Shown: one piece after another, positions 32,469-44,312 of the stretch
Numbering within the stretch: position 1 is the first letter of the stretch
How the letters are laid out: each line of letters opens with the position of its first letter
Origin: Acidimicrobiales bacterium
Lineage (GTDB): Bacteria; Actinomycetota; Acidimicrobiia; Acidimicrobiales; RAAP-2
DNA: 64,000 bases
Direction of reading: 5' to 3'
NCBI GenBank assembly: GCA_035534835.1
Contig: DATLRE010000053.1
Location: 523 to 64,522 of the forward strand
Notes under the pieces: model-generated
Told to the model about the DNA's origin: nothing
Seen by the model: only the letters and a program-made list of their open reading frames with translations
Database searches by the model: none
Program-made: the position numbers and the translations under genes

Positions 32469-32612
32469 GGCCGCCAGCGTAGGCTGCACCGGTCGCCGCG
32501 GTGGTGCCGCGGTGTCGGGAGGCGCCCCGTCAGGGGTCGACTCCCCCTGACGGGGATGTCGGGCCGGCCGGGCCGAGCCGGACCCGGAGCCCGGGGCAAC
32601 GAGGAGGCCGAT

Positions 32613-34265
32613 GTGAGCAAGTGGAACTTCGCCGACGTGTGGGAGGCCGTGGCCGAGGAGGTGCCGGACGCACCGGCGCTCGTCCACGGCGACCGGACCC
32701 GGACGTGGCGCGAGTTCGACGGGCGGGCCGACCGCGTCGGCCGGTGGCTGCTGGGGGCGGGCGTGGCCGAGCAGGACAAGCTCGCCCTCTACCTCTACAA
32801 CTGCTCCGAGTACCTGGAGGCCACCTTCGCCGCCTACAAGGTCGGCCTCGTCCCCATCAATACGAACTACCGCTACGCGGACGACGAACTCGTGTACCTC
32901 TGGGAGAACGCCGACACCGTGGCCGTCGTCTTCCACGGCGTGTTCGTGGAGCGCATCGAGGGCATCCGCGACCGGGTGCCCGGCGTGCGCAGTTGGCTGT
33001 GGGTCGACGACGGCACGGCGAGCTGCCCACCGTGGGCCGTCCCCTACGAGGAGGCGGCCGGGACCTCGGGTGCCCCGGGTCCGGCCGGCGACGATCGGGT
33101 ACGGGCGCCCTGGGGCAGGGGCCCCGACGATCTCCACATGCTCTACACCGGCGGGACCACCGGGATGCCCAAGGGCGTCATGTGGCGCCAGGACGACCTG
33201 TTCGCCCGGCTCAACGGCAGCGGCTTCCGCCGCTATCCGCCCGAGGGCGGGATCGACGACGTCCGGGCCGAGCTGGCGGCCGGAGGGCCGGGCATGACCC
33301 TGTTGCCCGCCTGCCCCCTCATGCACGGCACCGGCGGGTTCACGGCCATGGAGTGCCTGAGCGAGGGCGGTCGCGTCGTCACGCTCACCGGACGCCAGTT
33401 CGACCCGGTCGAACTGCTCGACACCGTCGAGGCCCGGAAGGTCAACGGCCTGATCATCGTGGGCGACGCCTTCGCCAAACCCATCCTGGCCACGCTCGAC
33501 GCCGAGCCGGGCCGGTGGGACCTGTCCAGCCTGGCGGCCATCATCTCCTCCGGGGTCATGTGGAGCGAGGAGTCCAAGCAGGGACTGCTGCGCCACCACC
33601 CGGGCATGCTGCTGGTCGACGCCTTCTCGTCGTCAGAGGCCCTTGGCATGGGGAGTTCGGTGTCGTCGTCCGAAGGCGCGGCCGAGACGGCCCGGTTCCG
33701 GCTGGGACCCGACGTGCGGGTCATCGACACGGACGGCACCGACATCGCACCCGGGTCGGGCAGGGTCGGCGTCCTGGCCCTCGGCGGGCGCATCCCCGTC
33801 GGGTACTACAAGGACGACGCGAAGTCGGCGGCCACGTTCCGGGTCATCGACGGCGTCCGCTACTCGATCCCCGGTGACTACGCCGAGATCCGCGAGGACG
33901 GCTCCATCCACCTGCTCGGGCGCGGCTCGGTCTGCATCAACACCGGGGGCGAGAAGGTCTACCCCGAGGAGGTCGAGGAGGTCGTGAAGACCGTGGACGG
34001 CGTGCTGGACGCCGTGGTGGTCGGCATCCCCGACGAGCGCTTCGGCGAGGAGATCGTCGCCGTCGTGCAGCTCACCCCGGGGACACCCGACGGCTCGGTC
34101 TCCCCCGATGCCGTCGTCGAGCACGTCAAGGGCCGGCTGGCGGGCTACAAGGCCCCCCGTCGGGTGCGCTTCGTCGAGACGATCGGACGCTCCCCGTCGG
34201 GCAAGGTCGACTACGGACGCCACCGCAGCGAGACGGCGGCGTGGCTGGGTGTGACGCTCGGCTGA
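32613..34265 (+). CDS. AMP-forming acyl-CoA synthetase (FadD-like)
   Basis: GTG 32613 follows GAGGAGG. YTGGTTGMPKGV AMP motif, GDYAEIREDGSIHLLGR, INTGGEKVYPEEVE, PSGKVDY. Confidence 0.88.
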   Translation: MSKWNFADVWEAVAEEVPDAPALVHGDRTRTWREFDGRADRVGRWLLGAGVAEQDKLALYLYNCSEYLEATFAAYKVGLVPINTNYRYADDELVYLWENADTVAVVFHGVFVERIEGIRDRVPGVRSWLWVDDGTASCPPWAVPYEEAAGTSGAPGPAGDDRVRAPWGRGPDDLHMLYTGGTTGMPKGVMWRQDDLFARLNGSGFRRYPPEGGIDDVRAELAAGGPGMTLLPACPLMHGTGGFTAMECLSEGGRVVTLTGRQFDPVELLDTVEARKVNGLIIVGDAFAKPILATLDAEPGRWDLSSLAAIISSGVMWSEESKQGLLRHHPGMLLVDAFSSSEALGMGSSVSSSEGAAETARFRLGPDVRVIDTDGTDIAPGSGRVGVLALGGRIPVGYYKDDAKSAATFRVIDGVRYSIPGDYAEIREDGSIHLLGRGSVCINTGGEKVYPEEVEEVVKTVDGVLDAVVVGIPDERFGEEIVAVVQLTPGTPDGSVSPDAVVEHVKGRLAGYKAPRRVRFVETIGRSPSGKVDYGRHRSETAAWLGVTLG

Positions 34266-34344
34266 GCCCGGGCCGGCCCACGGCCGGGTCCGGCCGTGGG
34301 CCGGCGTGCCGCGTGCCGGTCGGTGGCGGTGGTCGCCTCCGGGG

Positions 34345-35088
34345 TCAGCCCTTGTTGGCGCCGTGGGTGCGGACGAAGTCGTTGACCGTGTAGTAGGCGT
34401 CGATGGACTCCCCGGCGTCGCCCCAGAACCCCTCGAGCACGTCGTAGGCCATGGCCCCCTGGGCGATGTAGTGGTTGTTGACGTCGGTGATCTCCAGTTC
34501 GCCCCGCCCCGACGGCACCAGGGTCGGGATCACGTCGAACACGTCGGCGTCGTAGCAGTAGATGCCGGTCACGCCGAACTTGGACGCCGGATGCTCCGGC
34601 TTCTCGACGATGCCGACGACCGTCCCGTCGGCGTCGAAGGTGGGTACGCCGAGATGCCGGAGGTGTTCGTCCTCCTCGACCGGGGTGAGGAGGATCCGGG
34701 CGCCGTGGGGTTCGGCCCGGAACGCGTCGACCATCGGCCGGATGGAATTCTCGCAGATGTTGTCGGCCAGCATCACGAGTACGGGGTCCCCGTCCACGAA
34801 CCGGGCGGCCAGTCCGAGTGCTTCGGCGATCCCACCCGGTCGGTCCTGGTAGCCGTAGCTGAGCCGGTCGATGCCGAACTCCTGGCCGTTGCCGAGCAGA
34901 CGCAGGAATTCGCCGGCGTGGGTCCCGCCCGTCACCAGCATGATCTCCGTGATCCCGGCGTTCACCAGTGCCTCGATCGCCCAGTTGATCATGGGCCGGT
35001 CGTAGATCGGCAGGAGGTGCTTGTTGGTGATCCGGGTCAGCGGATGCAGGCGCGAGCCGGTACCACCGGCGAGGAGGACACCCTTCAT
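34345..35088 (-). CDS. sugar-phosphate nucleotidyltransferase (short RmlA-like glucose-1-phosphate thymidylyltransferase)
   Basis: ATG 35088. MKGVLLAGGTGSRLHPLTRITNKHLLPIYDRPMI. 247 aa. Confidence 0.85.
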   Translation of the reverse strand: MKGVLLAGGTGSRLHPLTRITNKHLLPIYDRPMINWAIEALVNAGITEIMLVTGGTHAGEFLRLLGNGQEFGIDRLSYGYQDRPGGIAEALGLAARFVDGDPVLVMLADNICENSIRPMVDAFRAEPHGARILLTPVEEDEHLRHLGVPTFDADGTVVGIVEKPEHPASKFGVTGIYCYDADVFDVIPTLVPSGRGELEITDVNNHYIAQGAMAYDVLEGFWGDAGESIDAYYTVNDFVRTHGANKG

Positions 35089-35098
35089 GCGGCGCAGC

Positions 35099-36040
35099 CT
35101 AGACGTGGCCGGGGCCGACAGGGGGCGGCCCGCCGCGGCGGCCGGGGTCCGTCCCACCGGGCGCTCCGGGATCCCCGGAGGTGCCGGCGACCTCGGCCAG
35201 GACGGCGTCGGCCAGGGCGGGCCACGCCCGTGACGCCCACACCCCGAACGGGCGGTCGGCGAGTCCGGCGCACAGGACGCCGGCGACCGGATCGATCCAC
35301 AGGAACGATCCCGACTGGCCGAAGTGGCCGTAGGTGGCCCGAGAGTTGCCGGTGCCCGTCCAGTGCGGGTGCTTGGCCCCGCGGACCTCGACCCCGAGCC
35401 CCCAGTCGCACGGGTCGAACGGGCCGAACCCGGGGAGCACGCCGGCCAGGCCCACGAACTGGACCGAGACGGCGTCGCTCCAGGTCGCCTCGCTCACCAG
35501 CGTGGGACGGGCCCACTCCCGCCCGAGTGCCACCAGGTCGTCCAGCGGACCCGCCAGCCCGGCGGCCGCCGCGCCCGAAGGCGGGCCGACCAGCGACGTG
35601 CCGGCCATCCCGAGCGGCTCCAGGACGCCGGCGGCGAGGTACTCGGCGAACGGCATCCCCGCCCGGTCCTCCAGCACGGTGGCCAGCACCCCGTAGCCGG
35701 CATTGGAGTAGATGCGGCGGACCCCCGGCGCCTCCACGGCCGGGCCCGGTTCGGGACCGAGGCCGGAGGCGTGGGCCAGGAGGTGGCGCACGGTGGACCC
35801 GGGCGGACCGGCCGGATCGTCGAGGGACAGCGTGCCCTCTTCGACGGCGACGAGCACGGCGAGGGCGGTGGCCGGCTTGGTCACCGAGGCCCAGGCGTGG
35901 ACCCGCCCGGCGTCACCGGTGGCCGCGGTCGGACCGGGCCCGTCGGGGCCGAGGCGCACGACCCCCACGGCGGCGCCGTCCACCGGCCAGTCGGCCACCG
36001 ATCCCAGAGCGTCCATGCCACCGCCAGCGTAGAGGAACAC
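35099..36040 (-). CDS. serine hydrolase (beta-lactamase/transpeptidase-like fold)
   Basis: SVTK (S-x-x-K) motif, YSNAGY. GTG 36040 is preceded by CAGGAGG. Alternative start ATG 36016. Confidence 0.78.
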   Translation of the reverse strand: MFLYAGGGMDALGSVADWPVDGAAVGVVRLGPDGPGPTAATGDAGRVHAWASVTKPATALAVLVAVEEGTLSLDDPAGPPGSTVRHLLAHASGLGPEPGPAVEAPGVRRIYSNAGYGVLATVLEDRAGMPFAEYLAAGVLEPLGMAGTSLVGPPSGAAAAGLAGPLDDLVALGREWARPTLVSEATWSDAVSVQFVGLAGVLPGFGPFDPCDWGLGVEVRGAKHPHWTGTGNSRATYGHFGQSGSFLWIDPVAGVLCAGLADRPFGVWASRAWPALADAVLAEVAGTSGDPGAPGGTDPGRRGGPPPVGPGHV

Positions 36041-36074
36041 ACAGCCGGCGCCTCCTGGCTACTGTGGTGCGGCC

Positions 36075-37469
36075 ATGGCGACCACCCGCGCACGCGTGCA
36101 CCCATCGTCGAGGCGGGCGATCGTCGCGATCCTCCTGGCGGTCGTGGCGCTGGCGGTGGCGGTGGCGGGCTCGCCCGCCGACCGGGTCACCGCCGCCGTC
36201 CCGACGACGGCGCGCCCGCTCGCACCGCCGACGACCGCGCCGTCCGCCACCGGGGGTGTGGCCGGTCCCGCCGTGCACGGGGGCACGGTCGCCGCCGTGT
36301 CCGTCATGCCCGTGGTCCACGGGGGCGACACCGCCGTGACCGGGTCCCTCGCCTCCTTCTACCGGCCGCCGAGTCCCCTCCCCTACGCCCCCGCAGGCTC
36401 CATCATCCGGTCCCAGGCGCTGCCCGCCGCGGGCCTGCCCGCCGGCGCCCGGGCCTGGCGCGTCCTCTTCCACACCACGTCGGACTCGGGTGGGGACCTG
36501 GCCGAGTCGGGTGTGATCGTGGTCCCCGGCGGCACGCCACCACCCGGGGGATTCCCCATCGTGAGCTGGGCCCACGGGACCACCGGCGTGGCGTCGGGCT
36601 GCGCCCCGTCGGTCGACGGCACCTCGGCCATACCCGACCTCCCGGCACTCGTCGCCGACAGGGAGATCGTGGTGGCCGCCGACTACCGCGGACTCGGTGC
36701 CCCGGGCCTCCACCCCTACCTCGTGGGTGACAGCGAGGCCGAGGACGTGCTGGACGGTGCTCGCGCCGCCCGGTCGCTCATGGGGAGCGACGCCTCGAAC
36801 GCCGTGGTCGTGCTGGGGTTCTCGCAGGGCGGGCAGGCCGCCCTGTTCGCCGGGGAGATCGCCCAGTCCTATGCGCCCGAGCTCTTCGTCGCCGGCGTCG
36901 CCGCCGTGGCACCGGTGACCTCCGTGCTCGAACTGGCGCCCACGGGCGACCAGCCGCCCCCCTCGGGGCAGTCGGCCTTCACGGCCATGGCCCTGTTCGC
37001 CTGGGCCCACCACTACCGGACCTTTCCGCTCCAGAAGGTACTGACGCCCGCGGGACTGGCCGGGATCCCGGCCGTCTCGTCCTCGTGCGTGAACGGCGTG
37101 GCCTCCCTGTACGACGCCGTGTCGCCGGGGCGGTTCTTCGTCCCCGGCTGGCAGCAGCAGCCCGCGGTCCGAACCGCGAACCAGGCCAACCGGCCGGGCC
37201 GCGCGCCCACGTCGGCGCCGATCCTGGTGGTCCAGGGTACGGCGGACGAGGTCGTGCCGTACCGCCAGACGACCAGCTTCGTCGGCGGCCAATTGTGCCG
37301 CAGCGAGTACGACACGGTGGACTACGTCACCGAGACGGGCGTCGGCCACAGCCAGGCGCTCGACCTGTCCACCGCCGTGATCAACCGATGGATCCGGGCC
37401 CGGTTCGACGGTGCGACCTCCGTCGACTCGTGCACCCGTCCGGGGCTCGGGATCCGTCGGACCGGCTGA
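36075..37469 (+). CDS. secreted alpha/beta-hydrolase (secretory-lipase-like)
   Basis: N-terminal signal/TM segment AIVAILLAVVALAVAVAG, GFSQGG nucleophile elbow, GTADEVVP, GVGHS. Confidence 0.78.
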   Translation: MATTRARVHPSSRRAIVAILLAVVALAVAVAGSPADRVTAAVPTTARPLAPPTTAPSATGGVAGPAVHGGTVAAVSVMPVVHGGDTAVTGSLASFYRPPSPLPYAPAGSIIRSQALPAAGLPAGARAWRVLFHTTSDSGGDLAESGVIVVPGGTPPPGGFPIVSWAHGTTGVASGCAPSVDGTSAIPDLPALVADREIVVAADYRGLGAPGLHPYLVGDSEAEDVLDGARAARSLMGSDASNAVVVLGFSQGGQAALFAGEIAQSYAPELFVAGVAAVAPVTSVLELAPTGDQPPPSGQSAFTAMALFAWAHHYRTFPLQKVLTPAGLAGIPAVSSSCVNGVASLYDAVSPGRFFVPGWQQQPAVRTANQANRPGRAPTSAPILVVQGTADEVVPYRQTTSFVGGQLCRSEYDTVDYVTETGVGHSQALDLSTAVINRWIRARFDGATSVDSCTRPGLGIRRTG

Positions 37470-37551
37470 ATCCGACCACGGTCACCGGAGGGGTCATCCC
37501 GGGGCGGGCACGTGACCCGGCGATGCAGGCCGGCGGCGCAGGCCGGCGGCG

Positions 37552-38439
37552 TCAGACGTCGAGGAAGCGCCGGACGGCGAAGGCCGACCCGACGACACCC
37601 ACGCCCACACCCACCACCGAGACCAGCAGGCAGGTGAAGAAGACCTCCCAGCCGCTCAGCGCCATCTGGTGGATGATGTTCGAGTCGGCCGCCGTCCTCG
37701 CCTGGTCGAGCCCGATCCCCCAGTAGAGGGCGAGGACCACCAGCACGGCGACAGCGGCGCCCAGCAGTCCCTGGATCATCCCCTCGGCCATGAACGGCAG
37801 TCGGATGAACCAGTTGGTGGCGCCGACCAATTTCATCACCGACACCTCGCGCCGCCGGGCGAAGATCGCCATCCGGATCGTGTTCAGGATCAGCACCGAC
37901 GCCGACAGCAGCAGCACCACGGCGACGGTCAGGAACACCCACTGCAGGACCCGGATGACGCTCTGCATGGTCTTGATCTGCTGTCCCGGGTACTTCACGT
38001 CGAAGACTCCGGGTTTCCCGTGGAACGCCTGGTAGACGGCGGGCGCCTGCGACGGGTCGTTCAGCTCGCACCGGTACGACGACGGGTACTGGTTCTCGGA
38101 CGTGACCGCGACCTCGTCGGGCGGCAGGACGGTCTGGGCCTCGTGGTAGTCGAAGGCCTGGGTCCGGTAGATGCACGCCTTGATGTAGGGCGACTGGGCC
38201 AGTTCGGTCTTGATGGCGTCGGTCTGGGCCGTACCCGCACCGGGACTGACCCAGACGATCGTCTGGACCCCGTTCTGCCAGAGCTCGGTGGCCTTGGACG
38301 CCCCCTGCTTCAGCAGCAGGGCCGAGCCGACCAGCGCTAGCGACACGGCGACCGTCAGGATGGCGGCGGCGGTCATCAGGCGGTTGCGCCACAGGTTGGT
38401 GGCGGCCTCCTTCGAGACGTAGGCCGGGGAGACCGCCAT
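37552..38439 (-). CDS. ftsX: cell-division ABC transporter permease FtsX
   Basis: ATG 38439 shares one base with the ftsE TGA. NLWRNRLMT, RREVSVMKLVGATNWFIRLPF, four TM segments. Confidence 0.92.
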   Translation of the reverse strand: MAVSPAYVSKEAATNLWRNRLMTAAAILTVAVSLALVGSALLLKQGASKATELWQNGVQTIVWVSPGAGTAQTDAIKTELAQSPYIKACIYRTQAFDYHEAQTVLPPDEVAVTSENQYPSSYRCELNDPSQAPAVYQAFHGKPGVFDVKYPGQQIKTMQSVIRVLQWVFLTVAVVLLLSASVLILNTIRMAIFARRREVSVMKLVGATNWFIRLPFMAEGMIQGLLGAAVAVLVVLALYWGIGLDQARTAADSNIIHQMALSGWEVFFTCLLVSVVGVGVGVVGSAFAVRRFLDV

Positions 38440-39230
38440 CAGGGACGGGCCAGGAAGGTGTCGGGCACCTCGAACTCGTCGTCCGCTGCGGGCATCTGGT
38501 CGACCAGTGCGCCGGTGGGCGAACCGGCACCCGCGGCCAGCGTGGCGCTGTCGATGTCGTAGACGCCGTGGGCCTGGTCGCGCACCAGGTTCCCCCGGTC
38601 GAGCTCGATGACACGCCGTCGCATCTGGTTGACCATGCCCGCGTCGTGGGTGGCGATGATGACCGTCGTACCGGTCCGGTTGATCCGGTCGAGCAGGCGC
38701 ATGATGCCGAGGCTGGTGGTCGGGTCGAGGTTTCCGGTGGGCTCGTCGGCCAGGAGGATCAGCGGGCGGTTGACGAACGCCCGGGCCACGGCCACCCGCT
38801 GCTGCTCGCCGCCGGACAGCTCCCCAGGCAGGTTGTCGCGCTTCTTGGCCAGACCCACGAGCTCGAGCACCTGCGGCACCTGGGCGGCGATCACGTGCTT
38901 CGGACGGCCGATCACCTCGAGGGCGAAGGCCACGTTCTCGAAGACGGTCTTGTTCGGCAGGAGCCGGAAGTCCTGGAACACGCAGCCGATGTTGCGGCGG
39001 AGGTACGGGATCCGCCACTTCGGCAGGTGCCCGATCTCCTTGCCCGCCTCCCAGATGCGTCCGGAGTCCGGGATCTCCTCGCGCAGGAGCAGTCGGATGA
39101 ACGTCGTCTTGCCCGAGCCGGAAGGCCCGACCAGGAAGACGAACTCACCCTTGTCGATCTCTACGGAGCAGTCGTTGAGGGCGACCGTGGATCCCTTGTA
39201 CGTCTTGGTGACGTTCTGGAATTTGATCAT
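38439..39230 (-). CDS. ftsE: cell-division ATP-binding protein FtsE
   Basis: [45 protein letters not shown]. Confidence 0.95.
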   Translation of the reverse strand: MIKFQNVTKTYKGSTVALNDCSVEIDKGEFVFLVGPSGSGKTTFIRLLLREEIPDSGRIWEAGKEIGHLPKWRIPYLRRNIGCVFQDFRLLPNKTVFENVAFALEVIGRPKHVIAAQVPQVLELVGLAKKRDNLPGELSGGEQQRVAVARAFVNRPLILLADEPTGNLDPTTSLGIMRLLDRINRTGTTVIIATHDAGMVNQMRRRVIELDRGNLVRDQAHGVYDIDSATLAAGAGSPTGALVDQMPAADDEFEVPDTFLARP

Positions 39231-39399
39231 GGGGGATGCAGGCTACGGAGTCTCGTGGGGGCAGGCGAGCGGCAGGTCCGCACGGCAAGTGTACCCGGGG
39301 TGGCCGCCCAATTGGGTCAGCCCCCCTGACCTCGCACAACGCGTGCGTACCCCGGACGGAGGCACCGCCACGCCGCCGGCCACACCCTGGTCAGGCGCG

Positions 39400-39429
39400 C
39401 CGCGGTCGGGGTCACCGCGGTCGGGGTCA
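39400..39429. repeat. perfect 15-bp tandem duplication spanning the prfB stop codon
   Basis: ccgcggtcggggtca at 39400-39414 and again at 39415-39429. On the minus strand this reads TGACCCCGACCGCGG x2, and the first TGA is the prfB stop. Confidence 0.9.
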
Positions 39430-40584
39430 GTGCCCGTCCCGACGCAGGTCGGCGCCGCGCCGCAGCTCGGCCTCGATGAGCATGTCGAGGTCGCCGTCGA
39501 GCACGGCCTCGACGTTGCCGGTCTCCGCGTTCGTGCGCAGATCCTTGACCAGCTGGTACGGCGCCAGCACGTACGAGCGGATCTGGTTGCCCCAGGCGTT
39601 GTCGGTGCGGTCGCCGGCCAACTCGTCGAGTGTCGCCTGGTGTTCGGCCCGCTGCCGCTCGGCCAGCTTGGCCCCGAGCACCTGCATGGCCTTGGCCTTG
39701 TTCTGGGTCTGGCTGCGCTGGTTCTGACAGGTCACCACGATCCCGGTGGGCAGGTGGGTGAGACGCACGGCCGAGTCGGTCTTGTTGACGTGCTGACCGC
39801 CGGCCCCGGACGAGCGGTAGGTGTCGATGCGCAGGTCCTTCTCGTCGATCTCCACCTCGCCGGAGACGTCTTCCAGGAAGGGGACCACGTCGAGCGACGC
39901 GAAGCTGGTCTGGCGCCGGTGCTGGGCGTCGAACGGCGAGATGCGGACGAGGCGGTGCACGCCGCGCTCGGCCGCCAGCAGGCCGAAGGCGTAGCGGCCC
40001 CGCACGATGAACGTGGCCGACATCAGGCCGGCCTCCTGGCCCGGGGTGGCCTCCTCGACCTCGATGGTGAAGCCCCGGCGCTCGGCCCAGCGGGTGTACA
40101 TGCGCAGCATCATCTCGGCCCAGTCCTGGGCGTCGGTGCCCCCTGCTCCGGCGTGGATCTCGGCCACGGCGTCGCCGTCGTCGTAGTCGCCGGCGAACAG
40201 GGAGCGCAGCTCCAGGGTCCCGAGCCGTCGGTCCAGGTCGACCAGGATCTCCTCGACCTCGGCCCGGAGCGACTCGTCGTCCTCCTCCCGCATGAGCTCG
40301 TCCAGCGTCTGGGCGTCCGACAGGCGCTCGGACAGCGAGGCGAGGAGTTGGAGGTCCTCGGTCACCCGGCCGAGGGCGGTCGTCACCTCGCGGGCGTGGT
40401 CGGCGTCGTCCCACAGGTCCGGGGCGGAGGCCGCCTGCTCGAGTTCGGCGCGACGCTCGACGAGCGCGTCCGCTCCCAGGAACCGCCGGGCTTCCTCGAG
40501 GCGCTCGGCGAGCCGGGTGAGGGACTCGGCGACGTCCACCCTGTCGGACGCGCCGTCCCCCGTTCGGGGGCGGTCGGCGGACAT
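39427..40584 (-). CDS. prfB: peptide chain release factor 2, single uninterrupted ORF
   Basis: 385 aa. SPF tripeptide (RISPFD), GGQ (SSGAGGQHVNKT), no internal in-frame stop or +1 site. ATG 40584 lies 1 nt after the secA stop. Confidence 0.95.
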   Translation of the reverse strand: MSADRPRTGDGASDRVDVAESLTRLAERLEEARRFLGADALVERRAELEQAASAPDLWDDADHAREVTTALGRVTEDLQLLASLSERLSDAQTLDELMREEDDESLRAEVEEILVDLDRRLGTLELRSLFAGDYDDGDAVAEIHAGAGGTDAQDWAEMMLRMYTRWAERRGFTIEVEEATPGQEAGLMSATFIVRGRYAFGLLAAERGVHRLVRISPFDAQHRRQTSFASLDVVPFLEDVSGEVEIDEKDLRIDTYRSSGAGGQHVNKTDSAVRLTHLPTGIVVTCQNQRSQTQNKAKAMQVLGAKLAERQRAEHQATLDELAGDRTDNAWGNQIRSYVLAPYQLVKDLRTNAETGNVEAVLDGDLDMLIEAELRRGADLRRDGH

Positions 40585-40585
40585 C

Positions 40586-43345
<2,760 letters not shown>

Positions 43346-43457
43346 GGGGGACCCACTCTACTGTCGGCGGCCTCCCCGGCAGCGCCGGACGGGCGGGGCC
43401 CCGGTCGGGCCGGGTCGCCCCCCGTGGGGAGGGTGCCCGGGCCGGCCGGGGCCCGGA

Positions 43458-43820
43458 TCAGGCGGTGCGGACCCTTCGGAACAGCGTCTCGGTGGGCGCC
43501 AACCGGTGCCGGGGCTGCGAACGTCCGACGATGCGTCCCTTGGTCCGCTCGATCTGGTGTTCCAGCTTCTCCACGACGAGGTCGACGGCGGCCAATGGCG
43601 CCTGGCCCGCCGCCCGGGCCCGGATCGTCTGCCCGTGCCCGGACATCACCACCTCACAGCATTCCCGGTCGGAGATCCTCCGATTGTGCTCCTCCGAGAA
43701 GTGAACCTCGGCGCGCTCGAGGCCGGGACAGTGCTCGCCCACGTGGCGCACCTTCTCCTCGGTAAGGGCTCGAACCTCGTCGGACACGATCTTCCTGCCA
43801 TGCGTGATGACTACGTCCAC
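43458..43820 (-). CDS. hpf: ribosome hibernation-promoting factor / RaiA family (short form, 120 aa)
   Basis: GTG 43820 follows GAGGAGG. (M)DVVITHGRKIVSDEVRALTEEKV..LERAEVHFSEE...LAAVDLVVEKLEHQIER is the S30AE/YfiA pattern. Confidence 0.85.
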   Translation of the reverse strand: MDVVITHGRKIVSDEVRALTEEKVRHVGEHCPGLERAEVHFSEEHNRRISDRECCEVVMSGHGQTIRARAAGQAPLAAVDLVVEKLEHQIERTKGRIVGRSQPRHRLAPTETLFRRVRTA

Positions 43821-44279
43821 TGCTGGGCCTCCTCGGCATCGGTGATGGGCTACTGCAACTGGTGGCCGGTCCTCCTGGTCGGTCGGTACGGGGACGGATG
43901 GATCGCGAGCGGCGCGCGGCTGACCTGGTCTTTGACCCCACACTCGCCTGCAGGGGGAGTTGCGGCCGGGTTCCGGCGGCACCGACCGGGTGTGGTCGAC
44001 TGCCCTGCGGAACCGCTGCAGGCACGCGTCATCCCCTCTCCGCCCGCCCCCGACAGCCGGGGACGCCACGGGCAGGACTTACTCCTAAGCCGCACCATGC
44101 TCAGCAACCATGAGTTGCCTTACGTGGGTCGTTTCGCCTGCGACTGGCTTCGACTTGCAACCACAGACCCGCACGCTGCTCACGGGGTCCACTGTACGCC
44201 CGCCGGACGCGAAAGGTAGCCGACCCCGTCGAAGTTCACGACCACGCCATGCCGGCGTCACGCGATCGAAACACGGCGG
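43821..44279 (-). ncRNA. candidate large structured noncoding RNA or long structured hpf leader (raiA-motif-like by position)
   Basis: About 460 nt with no protein-like frame and mixed base composition. Many nested helices on the hpf strand: GCCTGCAG 44023-44016 / CTGCAGGC 43953-43946 enclosing GGTTCC/GGAACC, GGCA/TGCC and CGACC/GGTCG; ACGGGGTC 44229-44222 / GACCCCGT 44189-44182; GTCCCCG-GCTGT-CGGGGGC; GCAAC-TCATG-GTTGC. Strand and exact ends are not established. Confidence 0.4.
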
Positions 44280-44296
44280 CCGCCCACCCCGGGCGG
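44280..44296 (-). terminator. short hairpin after the PGI/PMI gene
   Basis: CCGCCC-GGGGT-GGGCGG on the minus strand, 17 nt after the stop at 44313, followed by CCGCCGTGTTTCG (weak U tract). Confidence 0.3.
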
Positions 44297-44312
44297 GGCT
44301 GCGCCCTGCGGA

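Noticed and set aside
39427-40584. Programmed +1 frameshift in prfB
   Set aside because: The ORF is continuous from ATG 40584 through SPF and GGQ to the stop. There is no early in-frame UGA or CUU-UGA site.
43821-44312. tmRNA, RNase P RNA, or a decayed comF-like gene as the identity of the hpf-upstream region
   Set aside because: There is no GGGG...tag-reading-frame...T-arm (GGTTCGA.TCC)...CCA organisation. There is no GAGGAAAGUCCGGGC or ACAGAA..CGGCUUA RNase P core. No frame shows phosphoribosyltransferase remnants.
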